Assembly (NCBI GenBank): GCA_963933835.1 | Contig: CAWVVV010000003.1 | Coordinates: 96,001 to 160,000 of the forward strand | From: an uncultured Puniceicoccaceae bacterium | GTDB lineage: Bacteria; Verrucomicrobiota; Verrucomicrobiia; Opitutales; Oceanipulchritudinaceae | DNA: 64,000 nucleotides | Direction: 5' to 3' | Shown here: in pieces, positions 51,379 to 62,160 of the stretch | Layout: each line of letters opens with the position of its first letter | Position numbering within the stretch: the first letter of the stretch is position 1 | Translations under genes and position numbers: made by a program | The notes under the pieces: model-generated | What the model was told of the DNA's origin: nothing | Databases searched by the model: none | Seen by the model: the letters and a program-made list of their open reading frames with translations, nothing else

Positions 51379-54219
51379 TCAGCTACGCAAACATCGACCT
51401 GTTACACTCTGTTTGCACTCAAGCATTCCAGCTGGTTCACCAGCGTAAACCAGTTCGCCGCCAGCGTCCCCTCCCCCTGGCCCGAGATCCAGCACCCAGT
51501 CGGCCAAACGTATGATATCTAGGTGGTGCTCAATCACGATGATCGTGTTACCTGCATCGCGCAGTCTGAAGAGTAGATCTAGCAACTTTTGGATGTCGGC
51601 CCAATGCAGGCCCGTCGTTGGCTCATCGAGAATGTAGAGAGTTGAGGTGCCCACCCGCTTTCCGAGCTCTAGCGAAAGCTTCAGGCGCTGAGCTTCACCT
51701 CCACTCAGAGTGTTGGCTGCTTGCCCAAGCTTTAAGTAGCCAAGTCCAACCGACACGAGCGTCTCCAGCCGAGGATGAACCTTTGGGTTATTCGCAAAAA
51801 AGTCGGCTGCCTCCTCGATCGTTAAAGCGAGGACATCGGCGATATTCAGTCCTTTGAATCGAACTTCGAGCGTCTCTCGGTTGTAGCGTGCTCCCTGGCA
51901 GCTCGGGCACTCCGCGTAGACGTCACTCAAAAACTGCATATCGAGCCGGATTTGCCCATCTCCCTGACAACGTTCACACCGACCGCCTCTCATATTAAAA
52001 GAGAATCGACTCGGCTTGTACCCCCGCACCTTGGCGAGGGAGCATTGCGCGTAGAGCTTTCTAAGTTCGTCGAAAAGCTTTGTGTAAGTGGCTGGATTAG
52101 ATCGAGGGCTACGCCCGATCGGTTCCTGGTTCACCCGTATCACTCGCTCAAAGTACTCAAGTCCTTTGATTGCCTTATGTCGTCCAGGAATTGCCTTTGC
52201 GCGCTGAAGCTTAAAAGCTGCAGCCTGTCCCAAAACATCATTCACAAGTGTGCTCTTACCCGATCCACTCACTCCTGACACTGCGACAAAGAGCCCGACA
52301 GGAAATGCCGCATCTATTGTTCTGAGATTATTCTCTGAGGCTCCGATAACATTGAGCCACCTATCCGGCACTTTTGTATCTACATTTTTGGTCAGCTTCG
52401 CTTTCCCTGAAAGATAGATTCCGGTAGGCGACTCGAGGCCCTTCGCAGCGGTTTTAGGACATCCAGAAAAGACCACTTCGCCACCTCTATTACCTGCACC
52501 GGGGCCAATCTCAATGAGATGATCGGCTGCCATAATGATCTGTTCCTCATGCTCAACCACGACGACGGTGTTACCTCGCGACTTAAGATCGATCAGCGTC
52601 TTCAGCAATCGCTCAGCATCGCAGCCATGAAGGCCCACGGTGGGTTCGTCTAGAATGTAGGTGACGCCTACGAGCCCCATTCCTAGCTGTGACGCAAGCC
52701 GGACCCGTTGGCTTTCGCCACCACTCAAGGTATGCGCACTGCGATCAAGGGTTAAATAACCTAAGCCCACTTCGACGAGAAAGTGTAGACGCATGCGCAA
52801 ACCATCGAGAATCTCGCGAGCATGATCACCGAGCTTTGAATCCAATTTTGTCGTATCCAGATTTTGGATCCACTCTAGTGCAGAGGCCAGCGGGCGAGAC
52901 ATAAAAGCGTCAAATGCTTCGCTATTTAAAAGAGCAGCTCGGCTAGGCGCATTGAGTCGCCTGCCGTCACAACCCACGCATGTTTGGCTTACCTGATACG
53001 CCATTAAGCGCGCCCTTAAGCCATCACTGCTTGTTTCTCGGCGCGTATTATCCAAGTCCGCCAGGACACCATCGAACAGGACAGGAACTGGTTTTGCTCG
53101 ACCGGCTTTCAACTTGAAGAGGAACTCCCGGCCTTCGGAACCGTGAAGGACTAGATCGCGGACATCTTCCTCTAAGTCTTCCCAAGAAACGGTTGGATCA
53201 TAAGGAACTTGTTCAGCGAGCTGCTTTAGAATCGCATTGCGCTGGATTATCATGCGCTTGGAACCCAAACGCCACGGCTTAATCGCACCCCTTTTGAGCG
53301 AAAGGACTGGATTCGGAACAACTAGCTCAGGTGCAAACTGCATCGTGAGGCCCACTCCACCGCATGTTTCACAAGCACCCGAAGGATGATTCCACGAAAA
53401 CGACTTCTGGGTAAGCGGGGCGTAGACTGTCCCACAAACCTCACAGCCAAGATCTTGCGTGATGAGAGTTTCGGACCACCCACCATTCCCGTCGTCTACC
53501 AAAAGCTTCGCTTGTTTACCCCCCTCTCGAAATGTCATTTCAAGCGAATCGGTGAGACGCGAACGCTGGTCTTCACGAAGGACGATACGGTCGACAACGA
53601 TCTCTGCGTCGACAGCATCACGACCTTTTAGAATCGTATCCACTTCATCAATACGAGCGATTTCCCCATCGATTCTAAGTCGCTCCCAACCTCTTTGTTG
53701 AAGGTGTTCTAATTCTCCTCGAATTATACTCGGTCTCGCAATTAACCACGGAGCGATGAGCATACATCGGCGACTATGCTGGCCGTGTTCCGAAAGGATC
53801 GACGAAACCCAATCATCAAGCGTTCGCTTTAAAATCCGTCCACCATCTAGCGGGCAGCGTTGTTCTGCGAGCAGACTCCATAGCAGGCGTGCATAGTCTG
53901 CTATTTCCGTGATTGTGCCAACAGTACTCCGAGGGTTGTTGCCCACTGAGTTGTCTTGCTCGACAGCTATGACTGGGCTCAAGCCGTGGATAAAGTCGAC
54001 TTCTGGCCGAGGCAGCTGCTCAAGCAGCTGGCGGGCACTCGTGCTCAAGCTTTCGATGTATTTACGGTAGCCTTCGGCGTATAACGTATCAAAAGCGAGC
54101 GACGACTTTCCACTACCGCTCACTCCACAAATGACGGTCAATGCATCACGAGGAATCCGAAGCTCGATGCCTCTCAAATTGTGAGTTCTTGCCCCTTTTA
54201 TGTGTATCGATGCCGTCAT
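51379..54219 (-). CDS. uvrA: Excinuclease ABC subunit A
   Basis: Two Walker [14 protein letters not shown] signatures, zinc fingers; ATG at 54219. Confidence 0.97.
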   Translation of the reverse strand: MTASIHIKGARTHNLRGIELRIPRDALTVICGVSGSGKSSLAFDTLYAEGYRKYIESLSTSARQLLEQLPRPEVDFIHGLSPVIAVEQDNSVGNNPRSTVGTITEIADYARLLWSLLAEQRCPLDGGRILKRTLDDWVSSILSEHGQHSRRCMLIAPWLIARPSIIRGELEHLQQRGWERLRIDGEIARIDEVDTILKGRDAVDAEIVVDRIVLREDQRSRLTDSLEMTFREGGKQAKLLVDDGNGGWSETLITQDLGCEVCGTVYAPLTQKSFSWNHPSGACETCGGVGLTMQFAPELVVPNPVLSLKRGAIKPWRLGSKRMIIQRNAILKQLAEQVPYDPTVSWEDLEEDVRDLVLHGSEGREFLFKLKAGRAKPVPVLFDGVLADLDNTRRETSSDGLRARLMAYQVSQTCVGCDGRRLNAPSRAALLNSEAFDAFMSRPLASALEWIQNLDTTKLDSKLGDHAREILDGLRMRLHFLVEVGLGYLTLDRSAHTLSGGESQRVRLASQLGMGLVGVTYILDEPTVGLHGCDAERLLKTLIDLKSRGNTVVVVEHEEQIIMAADHLIEIGPGAGNRGGEVVFSGCPKTAAKGLESPTGIYLSGKAKLTKNVDTKVPDRWLNVIGASENNLRTIDAAFPVGLFVAVSGVSGSGKSTLVNDVLGQAAAFKLQRAKAIPGRHKAIKGLEYFERVIRVNQEPIGRSPRSNPATYTKLFDELRKLYAQCSLAKVRGYKPSRFSFNMRGGRCERCQGDGQIRLDMQFLSDVYAECPSCQGARYNRETLEVRFKGLNIADVLALTIEEAADFFANNPKVHPRLETLVSVGLGYLKLGQAANTLSGGEAQRLKLSLELGKRVGTSTLYILDEPTTGLHWADIQKLLDLLFRLRDAGNTIIVIEHHLDIIRLADWVLDLGPGGGDAGGELVYAGEPAGMLECKQSVTGRCLRS

Positions 54220-54358
54220 CACTCGTTCTCGGAAGCAAGAATCCCCACCCTTCACCCAAAAGCAACGAAACTAGCGCAAAAGAGCGCTGAATAGGTACTC
54301 AGTCTAGAGTTTTTTGTTTGCATTCCAATGGCGCGGGGGATATCACTATAATTGAATT

Positions 54359-54646
54359 ATGAGCGAATCACCTACACTCTACATAAAGTCGGGCTGCCCA
54401 TGGTGCCGAGAGGCAACTTCTTTCTTTTCTCAGCACGGCGTCGCCCTCGATATTCGCGACGTTTTGTCTTCGAAAGCGGACATGCACCGGATGATTGAGA
54501 TCAGTGGCCAGAGCCTAACCCCTACATTTGAGTGGGATGAATTCGTCGTAGCCGACTTCAGTGTCGACGAATTTAAGGACGCGCTTGAGCAAGTTCCCGA
54601 ATACAAGAAACGGCTTGGGCTTGGCGACAAAGAGGACTGGAACTAG
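54359..54646 (+). CDS. Glutaredoxin family protein
   Basis: CPWC, SGQSLTPT. Confidence 0.85.
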   Translation: MSESPTLYIKSGCPWCREATSFFSQHGVALDIRDVLSSKADMHRMIEISGQSLTPTFEWDEFVVADFSVDEFKDALEQVPEYKKRLGLGDKEDWN

Positions 54647-54699
54647 CCGCCGTATAGAAATACTCAGCTTGGCGACCATTCAGTCTTAAGAGTCGCCCG

Positions 54700-55269
54700 C
54701 TAGTATCCCCTAAGGGCTTTCAGGCTTTCCAAAAACTCCCGCTCAATTTCAAGCATCGGCAACTCACTAAACTGATCGAGTTCGAGATTTTCTTCACCAA
54801 AGCGACTGCTTGTCGTCCACTTAAGGTTTTCGTAAACTGCAAGCATCCCTGGCACCTGTCCGAGACCTTTGCCAACAACACAGTTGAGCACTTCACTCGC
54901 TTCCCTGAGGTAGCCCTCCTGGAAATAGTTCAACGCTAGCGATACGCGGAAATCGATCACACCGGGATATTGTGCGACGAGAGATTCTACCTCGCGGATA
55001 TTTTCGAGTGTACCTTCCTTCCTCAGCCCTCTAAGATAAGTGAACAAGCTCTGCGATGCGGGAAAACCGCGCAGGCTCTCGATACGCTGACGGTCGAGAA
55101 TCTGGTTAATCGTCTCATTGTCACCCACATCGTAGGCGGAGAGTATCCGCTTCGAGTCAGCTTCAGCGACGGTGCCAGGGAAGTGAATAAACTTCTCGTA
55201 GAACCGATTGAGAAACTCCCCGTTGTTCAGCCGCTCTAAATAACCTTCAAGCGTGCGGTAATCTTTCAC
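54700..55269 (-). CDS. Hypothetical protein, possibly a 3' gene remnant with TPR-like helices
   Basis: 189-aa GTG ORF; YP..FRVSLALNYFQEG..EA. Confidence 0.45.
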   Translation of the reverse strand: MKDYRTLEGYLERLNNGEFLNRFYEKFIHFPGTVAEADSKRILSAYDVGDNETINQILDRQRIESLRGFPASQSLFTYLRGLRKEGTLENIREVESLVAQYPGVIDFRVSLALNYFQEGYLREASEVLNCVVGKGLGQVPGMLAVYENLKWTTSSRFGEENLELDQFSELPMLEIEREFLESLKALRGY

Positions 55270-55383
55270 TTCAGCCGAAATGCGGACGCAAAATTCTTCC
55301 TCAACGACGAAGAGAACACTTCGCGGGTCGCGGAGATCCGCGCAAAGCTACTCACTTGAGCAGCAGAGAGATCATTTCTGAAA

Positions 55384-55736
55384 CCAAATTGCGTTTTAAA
55401 GCTGAACACGAAGCCTATTCACTCAACACGAAGGACACGAAGTTATCGAAGCTAAGGACTCAATCCTCAGTGCCCGTTCGCGTCACTGCTCGGCCCCCTG
55501 AGACAGGCGGCCCTACCTCTTAGAAAGTGATCAATGGTAGGGACAGCTGTCTTCTACCCAATTGCGTTTTAAAAACTGAGCACGCAGACTACTTACTCAA
55601 CACGAAGGAAACGAAGTTATCGAAGCTAAGGACTCAATCCTCAGTGCCCGTTCGCGCCACTGCTCGGCCCCCTGAGACAGGCGGCCCTACCTCTTAGAAA
55701 GTGATCAATGGTAGGGACAGCTGTCTCAGCTGTCCG
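55384..55736. repeat. About 174-bp imperfect tandem duplication carrying GTAG REP-like palindromes
   Basis: Matching blocks offset by 174 (55491/55665; 55536/55710); GGTAGGGACAGCTGTCTCAGCTGTCCG and inverted GGTAGGGCCGCCTGTCTCAGGGGGCCG. Confidence 0.85.
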
Positions 55737-55880
55737 CTGCGTTCGATTTAGCTTCCACCCCTTATGCTGGGTTTAATAAGCGATCTTGTTTAACATTGAA
55801 ATTCCCTGTTTTTAGGAATCTCCACTGAGGAAGACGTCAGCGCTGGCATGGACCGTCCAAACTCAATCTTTCCGATCCAC

Positions 55881-55913
55881 AAAAAAGCCGACTCGTGAAT
55901 GAATCGGCTTTTT
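55881..55913. terminator. Terminator downstream of tRNA-Cys
   Basis: AAAAAAGCCGA-CTCGTGAATGAA-TCGGCTTTTT. Confidence 0.8.
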
Positions 55914-55926
55914 GTTAAGAAAAATC

Positions 55927-56001
55927 TGGAGGCGCGGGTCGGAATCGAACCGACGAATAGAGGATTTGCAGTCCCCGGCCTTACCACTTGGCTACCGCGC
56001 C
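55927..56001 (-). tRNA. tRNA-Cys (GCA)
   Basis: GGCGCGGTAGCCAAGTGGTAAGGCCGGGGACTGCAAATCCTCTATTCGTCGGTTCGATTCCGACCCGCGCCTCCA cloverleaf with encoded CCA. Confidence 0.96.
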
Positions 56002-56135
56002 TTTTGAAGAAGCGGGAAATTCAGCCAAGCGAACCCTGTCGTCAACCCGAAAGCGGCGACATCAGGCATGGTCTGACGGCTATTCACTGTAATTTCGGTC
56101 TAGACTCACCTCAAGGGCTCTCGATGATCCTTTGA

Positions 56136-56912
56136 ATGACGGCCACAGTATTCACGATCGCTAATCAAAAAGGAGGCGTTGGCAAAACCACCACTGCTAT
56201 CAACATGGCAGCGGCCTTGGCCGACCTCAAGGTGCCTACGCTTGTGATCGACCTCGACCCGCAGGCTAATGCCACAAGCGCTCTGGGCGTTGAGAAACAT
56301 GAAGGAGCCAGCCTCCTCGGCCCGCTCGAAGGCGAGGGAAATGCGAGTGACTTCATCGTCGATACGGGGCGCAAGAACCTCTTCTTGATTCCGGCAGAAG
56401 TCGACCTTGCGACCCTTGAAATCAGACTCAGCCAGCGCGATGGCTATCTCCACGTCCTCAGGGGCGTCATTGCTGAGCTACGAGAAAGTGGTCAGTTCAA
56501 AGCCATTGTCATCGACTGCCCGCCGGCCCTTGGACTCATCTCGATGAATGCCCTCGCGGCGGCAGACTACCTCCTCATCGCTCTCCAGTGCGAATACCTC
56601 GCGCTCGAAGGCTTGGGCCAAATTCTCAAAGTGAAGGATCAGCTGCGCGATACAGGAGTGAACAGTGATCTCGAGCTCGGTGGCATCATCATGACGATGT
56701 TTGATGTGCGGACAAACCTCAGCCGTGAAGTCGTTTCCCAAGTGAAGGAGCATTTCAAGAATGAGATCTTCAAAACCTCCATCCCGCGCACGGTGCGCTT
56801 GAGCGAGGCTCCCAGCTTTGGTCAAACCATCTTTGAGTATGACAAGGGCTCTGCCGGCGCCGCCGCTTACCGAGCGTTGGGCAAAGAAGTCCGTAAACGC
56901 TTCAAGCTCTAG
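56136..56912 (+). CDS. ParA/Soj family ATPase
   Basis: NQKGGVGKTTT, DLDPQANAT, DCPPALG, QCEYLALEG, RLSEAPSFG. Confidence 0.93.
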   Translation: MTATVFTIANQKGGVGKTTTAINMAAALADLKVPTLVIDLDPQANATSALGVEKHEGASLLGPLEGEGNASDFIVDTGRKNLFLIPAEVDLATLEIRLSQRDGYLHVLRGVIAELRESGQFKAIVIDCPPALGLISMNALAAADYLLIALQCEYLALEGLGQILKVKDQLRDTGVNSDLELGGIIMTMFDVRTNLSREVVSQVKEHFKNEIFKTSIPRTVRLSEAPSFGQTIFEYDKGSAGAAAYRALGKEVRKRFKL

Positions 56913-56929
56913 CAATCTACCTAGCTCTG

Positions 56930-57631
56930 ATGTCTACTTCGTCACAAAAAACCAACTACACTACGCTCGAAGAGCAACTTGGGCATACTTTTGGGAATCG
57001 CGAGCTTCTCGTTCGCTCACTCACCCACCCATCCTATTGCCACGATCAAAAAACGCCGATTGAGCATAATCAACGGCTAGAGTTTTTGGGGGACGCCATC
57101 CTTGGATTTATCCTCGCTGACGAACTCTTCAGACACCTCCCGAACGAACGCGAAGGCGAGCTAACGCGTAGCCGTTCGGCACTCGCCAAAGGCAAGCAAC
57201 TCTGCGCCCTAGCCCATGAACTTGGACTTAAGGAGTGGATTCGCATGAGTGCTGCTGAAGAGCGGAACGATGGCCGCGAGCGAGATTCCATCTTAGAGGA
57301 CACGCTCGAGGCCGTCATCGGCGCAATCTACCTCGACAGTGATTTAGAGACGACTAAAGGCGTAGTGAATAAATGGATCGGAGACATCGATAAACGCCTT
57401 CGCAAACTCCTTCAGGTCCACAATCCCAAGGGCCAGCTGCAGGAAATTATTCAACCTACGCTAGGCAACACCGCGATCGAATACCAAATCATCGAAGCCG
57501 ACGGACCCGACCACGCCCGCGTCTTCAAAGTAGAGGTTATCATCGAAGGAAAATCCTATGGCTCTGGGAGCGGAAGCTCGAAGAAAGAGGCAGAGGAAAA
57601 CGCTGCCTTCCAAGCCCTGAAACAATTTTAG
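56930..57631 (+). CDS. rnc: Ribonuclease III
   Basis: NQRLEFLGDAIL, EAVIGAIYLD, C-terminal dsRBD. Confidence 0.96.
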   Translation: MSTSSQKTNYTTLEEQLGHTFGNRELLVRSLTHPSYCHDQKTPIEHNQRLEFLGDAILGFILADELFRHLPNEREGELTRSRSALAKGKQLCALAHELGLKEWIRMSAAEERNDGRERDSILEDTLEAVIGAIYLDSDLETTKGVVNKWIGDIDKRLRKLLQVHNPKGQLQEIIQPTLGNTAIEYQIIEADGPDHARVFKVEVIIEGKSYGSGSGSSKKEAEENAAFQALKQF

Positions 57632-57658
57632 GCGAAGTCATCGCCGCTCGATTCGAAG

Positions 57659-60600
57659 ATGCGTAATGTTCAGCTAGCTGCGGACCGCCCAGCGCAGGTC
57701 ATCAGTGGCATCATCCCGAGTATTCGGGCGGTTGCACTGGAGCAACTAGCGGCAGAGTTTAAAGGCTTTGCCACGATTGTATTGCTCCCTCACTTGCGCG
57801 GAGTCGAAGCGCTGAGCGACGAGCTTGAATCGGCGACAAAGGTGCTCGCGGGGCGCACTCATCCACTCTGTGTCGCGACGCTCCCAAAACCACCAGATCC
57901 TGAAGAGGACCACAGCGGACAGAGCCCAAGTGACCGCGTCCTAGACCGTGCTCCGATCTTTTCTCAACTAAGAGAACGTGCGCGGGAGGATACTTCCTCT
58001 CCGTTGATTATTCTTACAGAGCTGACGGCTGTGCTCGGTTGCGCGCCTCACCCTGAAACTCTAGACGCGCAGTCGATCCGCCTATCGAGCGGTGACAATT
58101 TTGGCTTCGACTCGCTTCGGCAACTCCTCGACGGCGAGTTGGGCTACGACGCCGAAGCGGTCTGCGAATACCCGGGGCAATATGCCGTGCGCGGCGGACT
58201 GATCGATGTCTATCCGCCCAACCTCTCTGCTCCGCTACGGATCGACTTCTTCGGCGATGAGATCGATTCGATCCGCACCTTTGATCCAACAAGTCAGCGC
58301 TCCGAGGACCTCGTTGCGATCGCCACGATCGCCCCCAACTCGCCTCCTGAGACAGAGAACACGGGCAATCATGCGACGATGCTCGACTACCTCGATGGCC
58401 CCATTCACTGGGTCTGGCTCGAGGGCGAGAGGCAGGCGCGCGAAGCCCCGGAACTCTTTCAGCAATTTGAGAACATCGCCGACAAGCGCCCGCATCTCGG
58501 GAAGATCCTCGATCGCTCTCGAGGCCTAAAAGACCACTTCAGTGCTCTCGACTCTTTAGCCCTGAAACCACAATTCTTCCCCGAGGCGACACCATTACTC
58601 GAATGGGATGCGGGAGGGTTCGACCATCTCTGGCGCGATCTATCGCTGGGGCTTGGTCTTGATCGAAGCGCCAAAGAGCTCGCCGTGCGCGAAGGCATCT
58701 ACGCCGAACTCCGCCTGCGCCAAAAAGCTGACGAAGCGCTCATTCTCATCGCGCACAATGAAGCTGAAGCTTCGCGCCTCGAAACACTCATCAAGGAGGA
58801 AGCCGGCAAACCACGCCTTAAAATCGAGTTTCGGATTGGACTCTTTGAGCACGGTTTTCGTCTCGTGCAGACACCGGATGCGCCGATCGACTGGTTTCCG
58901 AAAGGTGCCAAGGCAGTCAACGTTCTGTCCGAGAACGATCTCCTCGGGCGCTCGGCACTTGCTCGCGGCCGGGGCCCGAAGCGCAAGCTGCCGCAGCGCT
59001 CCCAGGTCGACCATTTGCTCGATTTTGCCGAGCTCGCCGAAGGTGACCCACTCGTCCACCTCGCCCACGGCGTCTGCCTCTTTCGCGGTATTTCACGCAT
59101 GGAACTGGGCGATAGCGAAGACGAGGTCATCTCGCTCGAATTCGCAGGTAACATCACTCTACACGTCCCGCTGCACGACAGCCACCTTCTTACCCGCTAT
59201 GTCGGATTAGCTAAGTCCTCACCCAAGCTCGGGAGACTCGGCACGGGCAGCTGGGAGAAAACCCGTGGCGAAGCAGAAAAGGCGACCCTCGACTTTGCAG
59301 CTGAGATGCTCCGCATGCAGGCCGTTCGCCAAGCCGTCGAAGGCATTCCGTTTGGAGAGGATCAGCAGTGGCAGGAACAGTTCGAGGGAGCATTTCCCTA
59401 TGACCTCACACCCGATCAAGCCATCGCGGTGGAAGAGACCAAACTCGACATGCAGGCACCGCGGCCGATGGATCGCCTGATTTGCGGTGATGTCGGATTT
59501 GGAAAAACAGAGGTCGCGATTCGTGCGGCCTTCAAAGCGGTGATGGACGGGAAACAAGTGGCCATCCTCGTCCCGACGACGGTTCTTGCGCAGCAGCACT
59601 ACAACACCTTTCGCAACCGGATGGCGGAGTTCCCTGTCGTCGTCGAAATGCTCAACCGTTTCCGCTCGGCCAAGGAGTCGAAGGTCATCCTCGAACAGAT
59701 GGCCAACGGGGGCATCGATATCGTCATCGGGACACATCGCCTGCTTAGCAAGGACGTCCATTTCGCTGACCTTGGACTCATCGTCGTGGATGAAGAACAC
59801 CGCTTTGGTGTTCGTCATAAGGAGCGCCTCAAACGCCTCCGCACCCACGTCGATATAATGACAATGAGTGCGACACCGATTCCTCGCACACTCTACCTCG
59901 CACTCATGGGCGCTCGTGATCTGAGCACGATCGAAACGCCGCCCTCCAACCGTCGACCGATCGAGACTTTTGTCCGCGGTTATGACGAGGACCTCATTCG
60001 TAAGGCTATTCAGTCCGAAATCGATCGTGGCGGGCAGGTGTTCTACCTGCACAACCGCGTGCAAACGATCGAGGCGGTTGCGGAACGACTCCGCCAATGG
60101 CATCCAGAAGCGAGTATCGCGGTTGGTCACGGGCAGATGGATGAAGCCCGTCTTGAGCAGGTAATGACTGATTTTGTCGCAGCACGGCACGACGTCCTCG
60201 TCTGCACGACGATCATTGAAAACGGCCTCGATATTCCCAATTGTAACACCCTTATCATCGAGGGTGCGGATCGCTTTGGCCTCGCCCAGCTCTACCAGCT
60301 GCGGGGGCGCGTGGGACGCTTCAACCGACAGGCTTACGCCTATCTCTTACTTCACAACCGCACGAGTATTCGCCAGGTTGCGCAAGAGCGGCTGACCGCG
60401 ATGCGGCAGCACAACCAGCTCGGGGCTGGCTTCCAGATTGCAATGCGCGATCTCGAGCTTCGCGGCGCGGGCAACCTTCTCGGTCCACAGCAGAGCGGCC
60501 ACATCGCCGGAGTGGGCTTCGAGCTCTACTGCCAACTCTTACGCCAGAGCGTCGCTCGGCTGAAGGGCGAAGAGAGCGCATCCTATATTCGAGCGGTGGT

Positions 60601-61093
60601 GCAAATTGACTTTGTCAGTGCTGGCGATGGGACGGCGAGCACGCCCAAAGGGCGATCCGTCGACTCGGGGTTTGCCGCGCTCAAGGCCGCTGAGCTCGAT
60701 CAGACGCATGTCAAAACGATCTCCGCATCGATTCCTCAGGCCTACCTTTCTGAGACACAACTCAGGATCGACATTTACCGCCGGCTCGCACTCGCCGAAT
60801 CGACCGTTCAAGTCGACAAAATCGCAGACGAGCTGACCGACCGATTTGGCAAGCCAGTGCGACCCGTCGAAATCCTCCTCCTCGTCACCCGCATCCGCAC
60901 CCTCGCTCAGGAATGCGGCTACGGGCATTTGGAATCGGAGGGGAATCGCCTGAAGATTCGGAGAGCAAGCGGCAAGCGAGACGACTACGTTAAAAACGGA
61001 TCTCGGTTTCCCCGCTTGACCGCAAAAAATCCCCTCCGTAGGTTGCGTGAGATTGAACAATTCCTGCTCCGGAATCGTCCCAAAAGACAGTAA
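57659..61093 (+). CDS. mfd: Transcription-repair coupling factor
   Basis: CGDVGFGKTEVA, DEEHRFG, SATPIPRT, QLRGRVGR, TRCF domain. Confidence 0.96.
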   Translation: MRNVQLAADRPAQVISGIIPSIRAVALEQLAAEFKGFATIVLLPHLRGVEALSDELESATKVLAGRTHPLCVATLPKPPDPEEDHSGQSPSDRVLDRAPIFSQLRERAREDTSSPLIILTELTAVLGCAPHPETLDAQSIRLSSGDNFGFDSLRQLLDGELGYDAEAVCEYPGQYAVRGGLIDVYPPNLSAPLRIDFFGDEIDSIRTFDPTSQRSEDLVAIATIAPNSPPETENTGNHATMLDYLDGPIHWVWLEGERQAREAPELFQQFENIADKRPHLGKILDRSRGLKDHFSALDSLALKPQFFPEATPLLEWDAGGFDHLWRDLSLGLGLDRSAKELAVREGIYAELRLRQKADEALILIAHNEAEASRLETLIKEEAGKPRLKIEFRIGLFEHGFRLVQTPDAPIDWFPKGAKAVNVLSENDLLGRSALARGRGPKRKLPQRSQVDHLLDFAELAEGDPLVHLAHGVCLFRGISRMELGDSEDEVISLEFAGNITLHVPLHDSHLLTRYVGLAKSSPKLGRLGTGSWEKTRGEAEKATLDFAAEMLRMQAVRQAVEGIPFGEDQQWQEQFEGAFPYDLTPDQAIAVEETKLDMQAPRPMDRLICGDVGFGKTEVAIRAAFKAVMDGKQVAILVPTTVLAQQHYNTFRNRMAEFPVVVEMLNRFRSAKESKVILEQMANGGIDIVIGTHRLLSKDVHFADLGLIVVDEEHRFGVRHKERLKRLRTHVDIMTMSATPIPRTLYLALMGARDLSTIETPPSNRRPIETFVRGYDEDLIRKAIQSEIDRGGQVFYLHNRVQTIEAVAERLRQWHPEASIAVGHGQMDEARLEQVMTDFVAARHDVLVCTTIIENGLDIPNCNTLIIEGADRFGLAQLYQLRGRVGRFNRQAYAYLLLHNRTSIRQVAQERLTAMRQHNQLGAGFQIAMRDLELRGAGNLLGPQQSGHIAGVGFELYCQLLRQSVARLKGEESASYIRAVVQIDFVSAGDGTASTPKGRSVDSGFAALKAAELDQTHVKTISASIPQAYLSETQLRIDIYRRLALAESTVQVDKIADELTDRFGKPVRPVEILLLVTRIRTLAQECGYGHLESEGNRLKIRRASGKRDDYVKNGSRFPRLTAKNPLRRLREIEQFLLRNRPKRQ

Positions 61094-62079
61094 TGAAGCG
61101 ACTTTCTATCCTAACGAGCCTCACCGCTCTTCTTTCACTTACATCCGTCCTGCAGGCTCAAGAGGCTCACAAGATCTGGGAGCCACCTTACAGCCACGGT
61201 ATCGCAGCAGCCGTCGAAGACTCGATCATCACATTTGAAGAGCTACGCCGAGAGCTCCTGCCGCTCGTTCCACGCGTTCGCGAAGGCACACAAAACAAGG
61301 CCGAATTCGACACACAGATGTCGGAGCTCTACTTCGAAGTCCTACAGTCGCTCGTCGATCGCGTGCTGATCATGAAGGATTTCAAAGAAAAGGAGTTCAA
61401 CCTTCCCCCGTCCTTGATTGAGAATGAATTCGATAAAGTGCTTTTCGAGGATTTCGACAACGACCGCGGTAAGTTCCACGAGTTTCTAAAGTCTCAGGGC
61501 AAGAACGTCCGAGAATTCCGCCGAGAGCTCTACGAGCAAATTATCGTCTCAATCATGCGCAGCCAGAAGCAGCGCACTGCATCGCAGATCAGCCCAGAGC
61601 GGATCGAGAATTTCTACAACGAGAACAAACTTCACTTCTACGAAGACGAAGCAGTCAAGCTACGCATCATCACGATGCGCCCTATCGCCGGTGAAAGCAT
61701 CGACCTGATGCGCCAAAATATCGAGAAGGTCCTCGCCGAAATCGACAGCGGAACGCCCTTTGAAGATGTCGCGAAGGAGCACAGCCAAGATTCTCGCCGT
61801 GAACGCGGTGGTGACTGGGGCTGGATCCAACGGGGAGACCTCAAAGAAGAGCTCGCTGTGCCAGCTTTTGCCCTCGTCGTGGGCGAACATAGCGAGCCGA
61901 TTGACGTCGATAACCAAACGATGATCCTCTTCGTTGAGGACTACCGTGAGGAAGGGATTCAGGACCTTGTCGAGGTTCGGGACAATATTGAGGAAATCTT
62001 GTCCTCCCAGCTCGGACGTCAGACTCAGGAGCAATGGTTGGAGCGCCTGCGGAAAAAGGCTTACATTCGTTACTTCTAG
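61093..62079 (+). CDS. SurA/PpiC-type peptidyl-prolyl isomerase
   Basis: Signal peptide, SurA-like N-domain, FEDVAKEHSQD..GGDWGW. Confidence 0.88.
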   Translation: MKRLSILTSLTALLSLTSVLQAQEAHKIWEPPYSHGIAAAVEDSIITFEELRRELLPLVPRVREGTQNKAEFDTQMSELYFEVLQSLVDRVLIMKDFKEKEFNLPPSLIENEFDKVLFEDFDNDRGKFHEFLKSQGKNVREFRRELYEQIIVSIMRSQKQRTASQISPERIENFYNENKLHFYEDEAVKLRIITMRPIAGESIDLMRQNIEKVLAEIDSGTPFEDVAKEHSQDSRRERGGDWGWIQRGDLKEELAVPAFALVVGEHSEPIDVDNQTMILFVEDYREEGIQDLVEVRDNIEEILSSQLGRQTQEQWLERLRKKAYIRYF

Positions 62080-62122
62080 GCCGCGCCTGCGGAAAAAGGC
62101 TTACATTCGTTACTTCTAGGCC
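62043..62122 (+). repeat. Perfect 40-bp tandem duplication of the PPIase 3' end
   Basis: GCGCCTGCGGAAAAAGGCTTACATTCGTTACTTCTAGGCC twice. Confidence 0.92.
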
Positions 62123-62160
62123 GCGCCCCGAACAAATCGCGTGGTCGTGCGGCAGTTGGA

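Noticed and set aside
55384..55736. Possible CRISPR array
   Set aside because: Only two long near-identical units, no unique spacers, no cas genes
54700..56001. Genomic island integrated at tRNA-Cys
   Set aside because: No integrase and no duplicated tRNA 3' end found in the window
59219..60190. 323-aa antisense ORF within mfd
   Set aside because: Antisense shadow of a conserved gene
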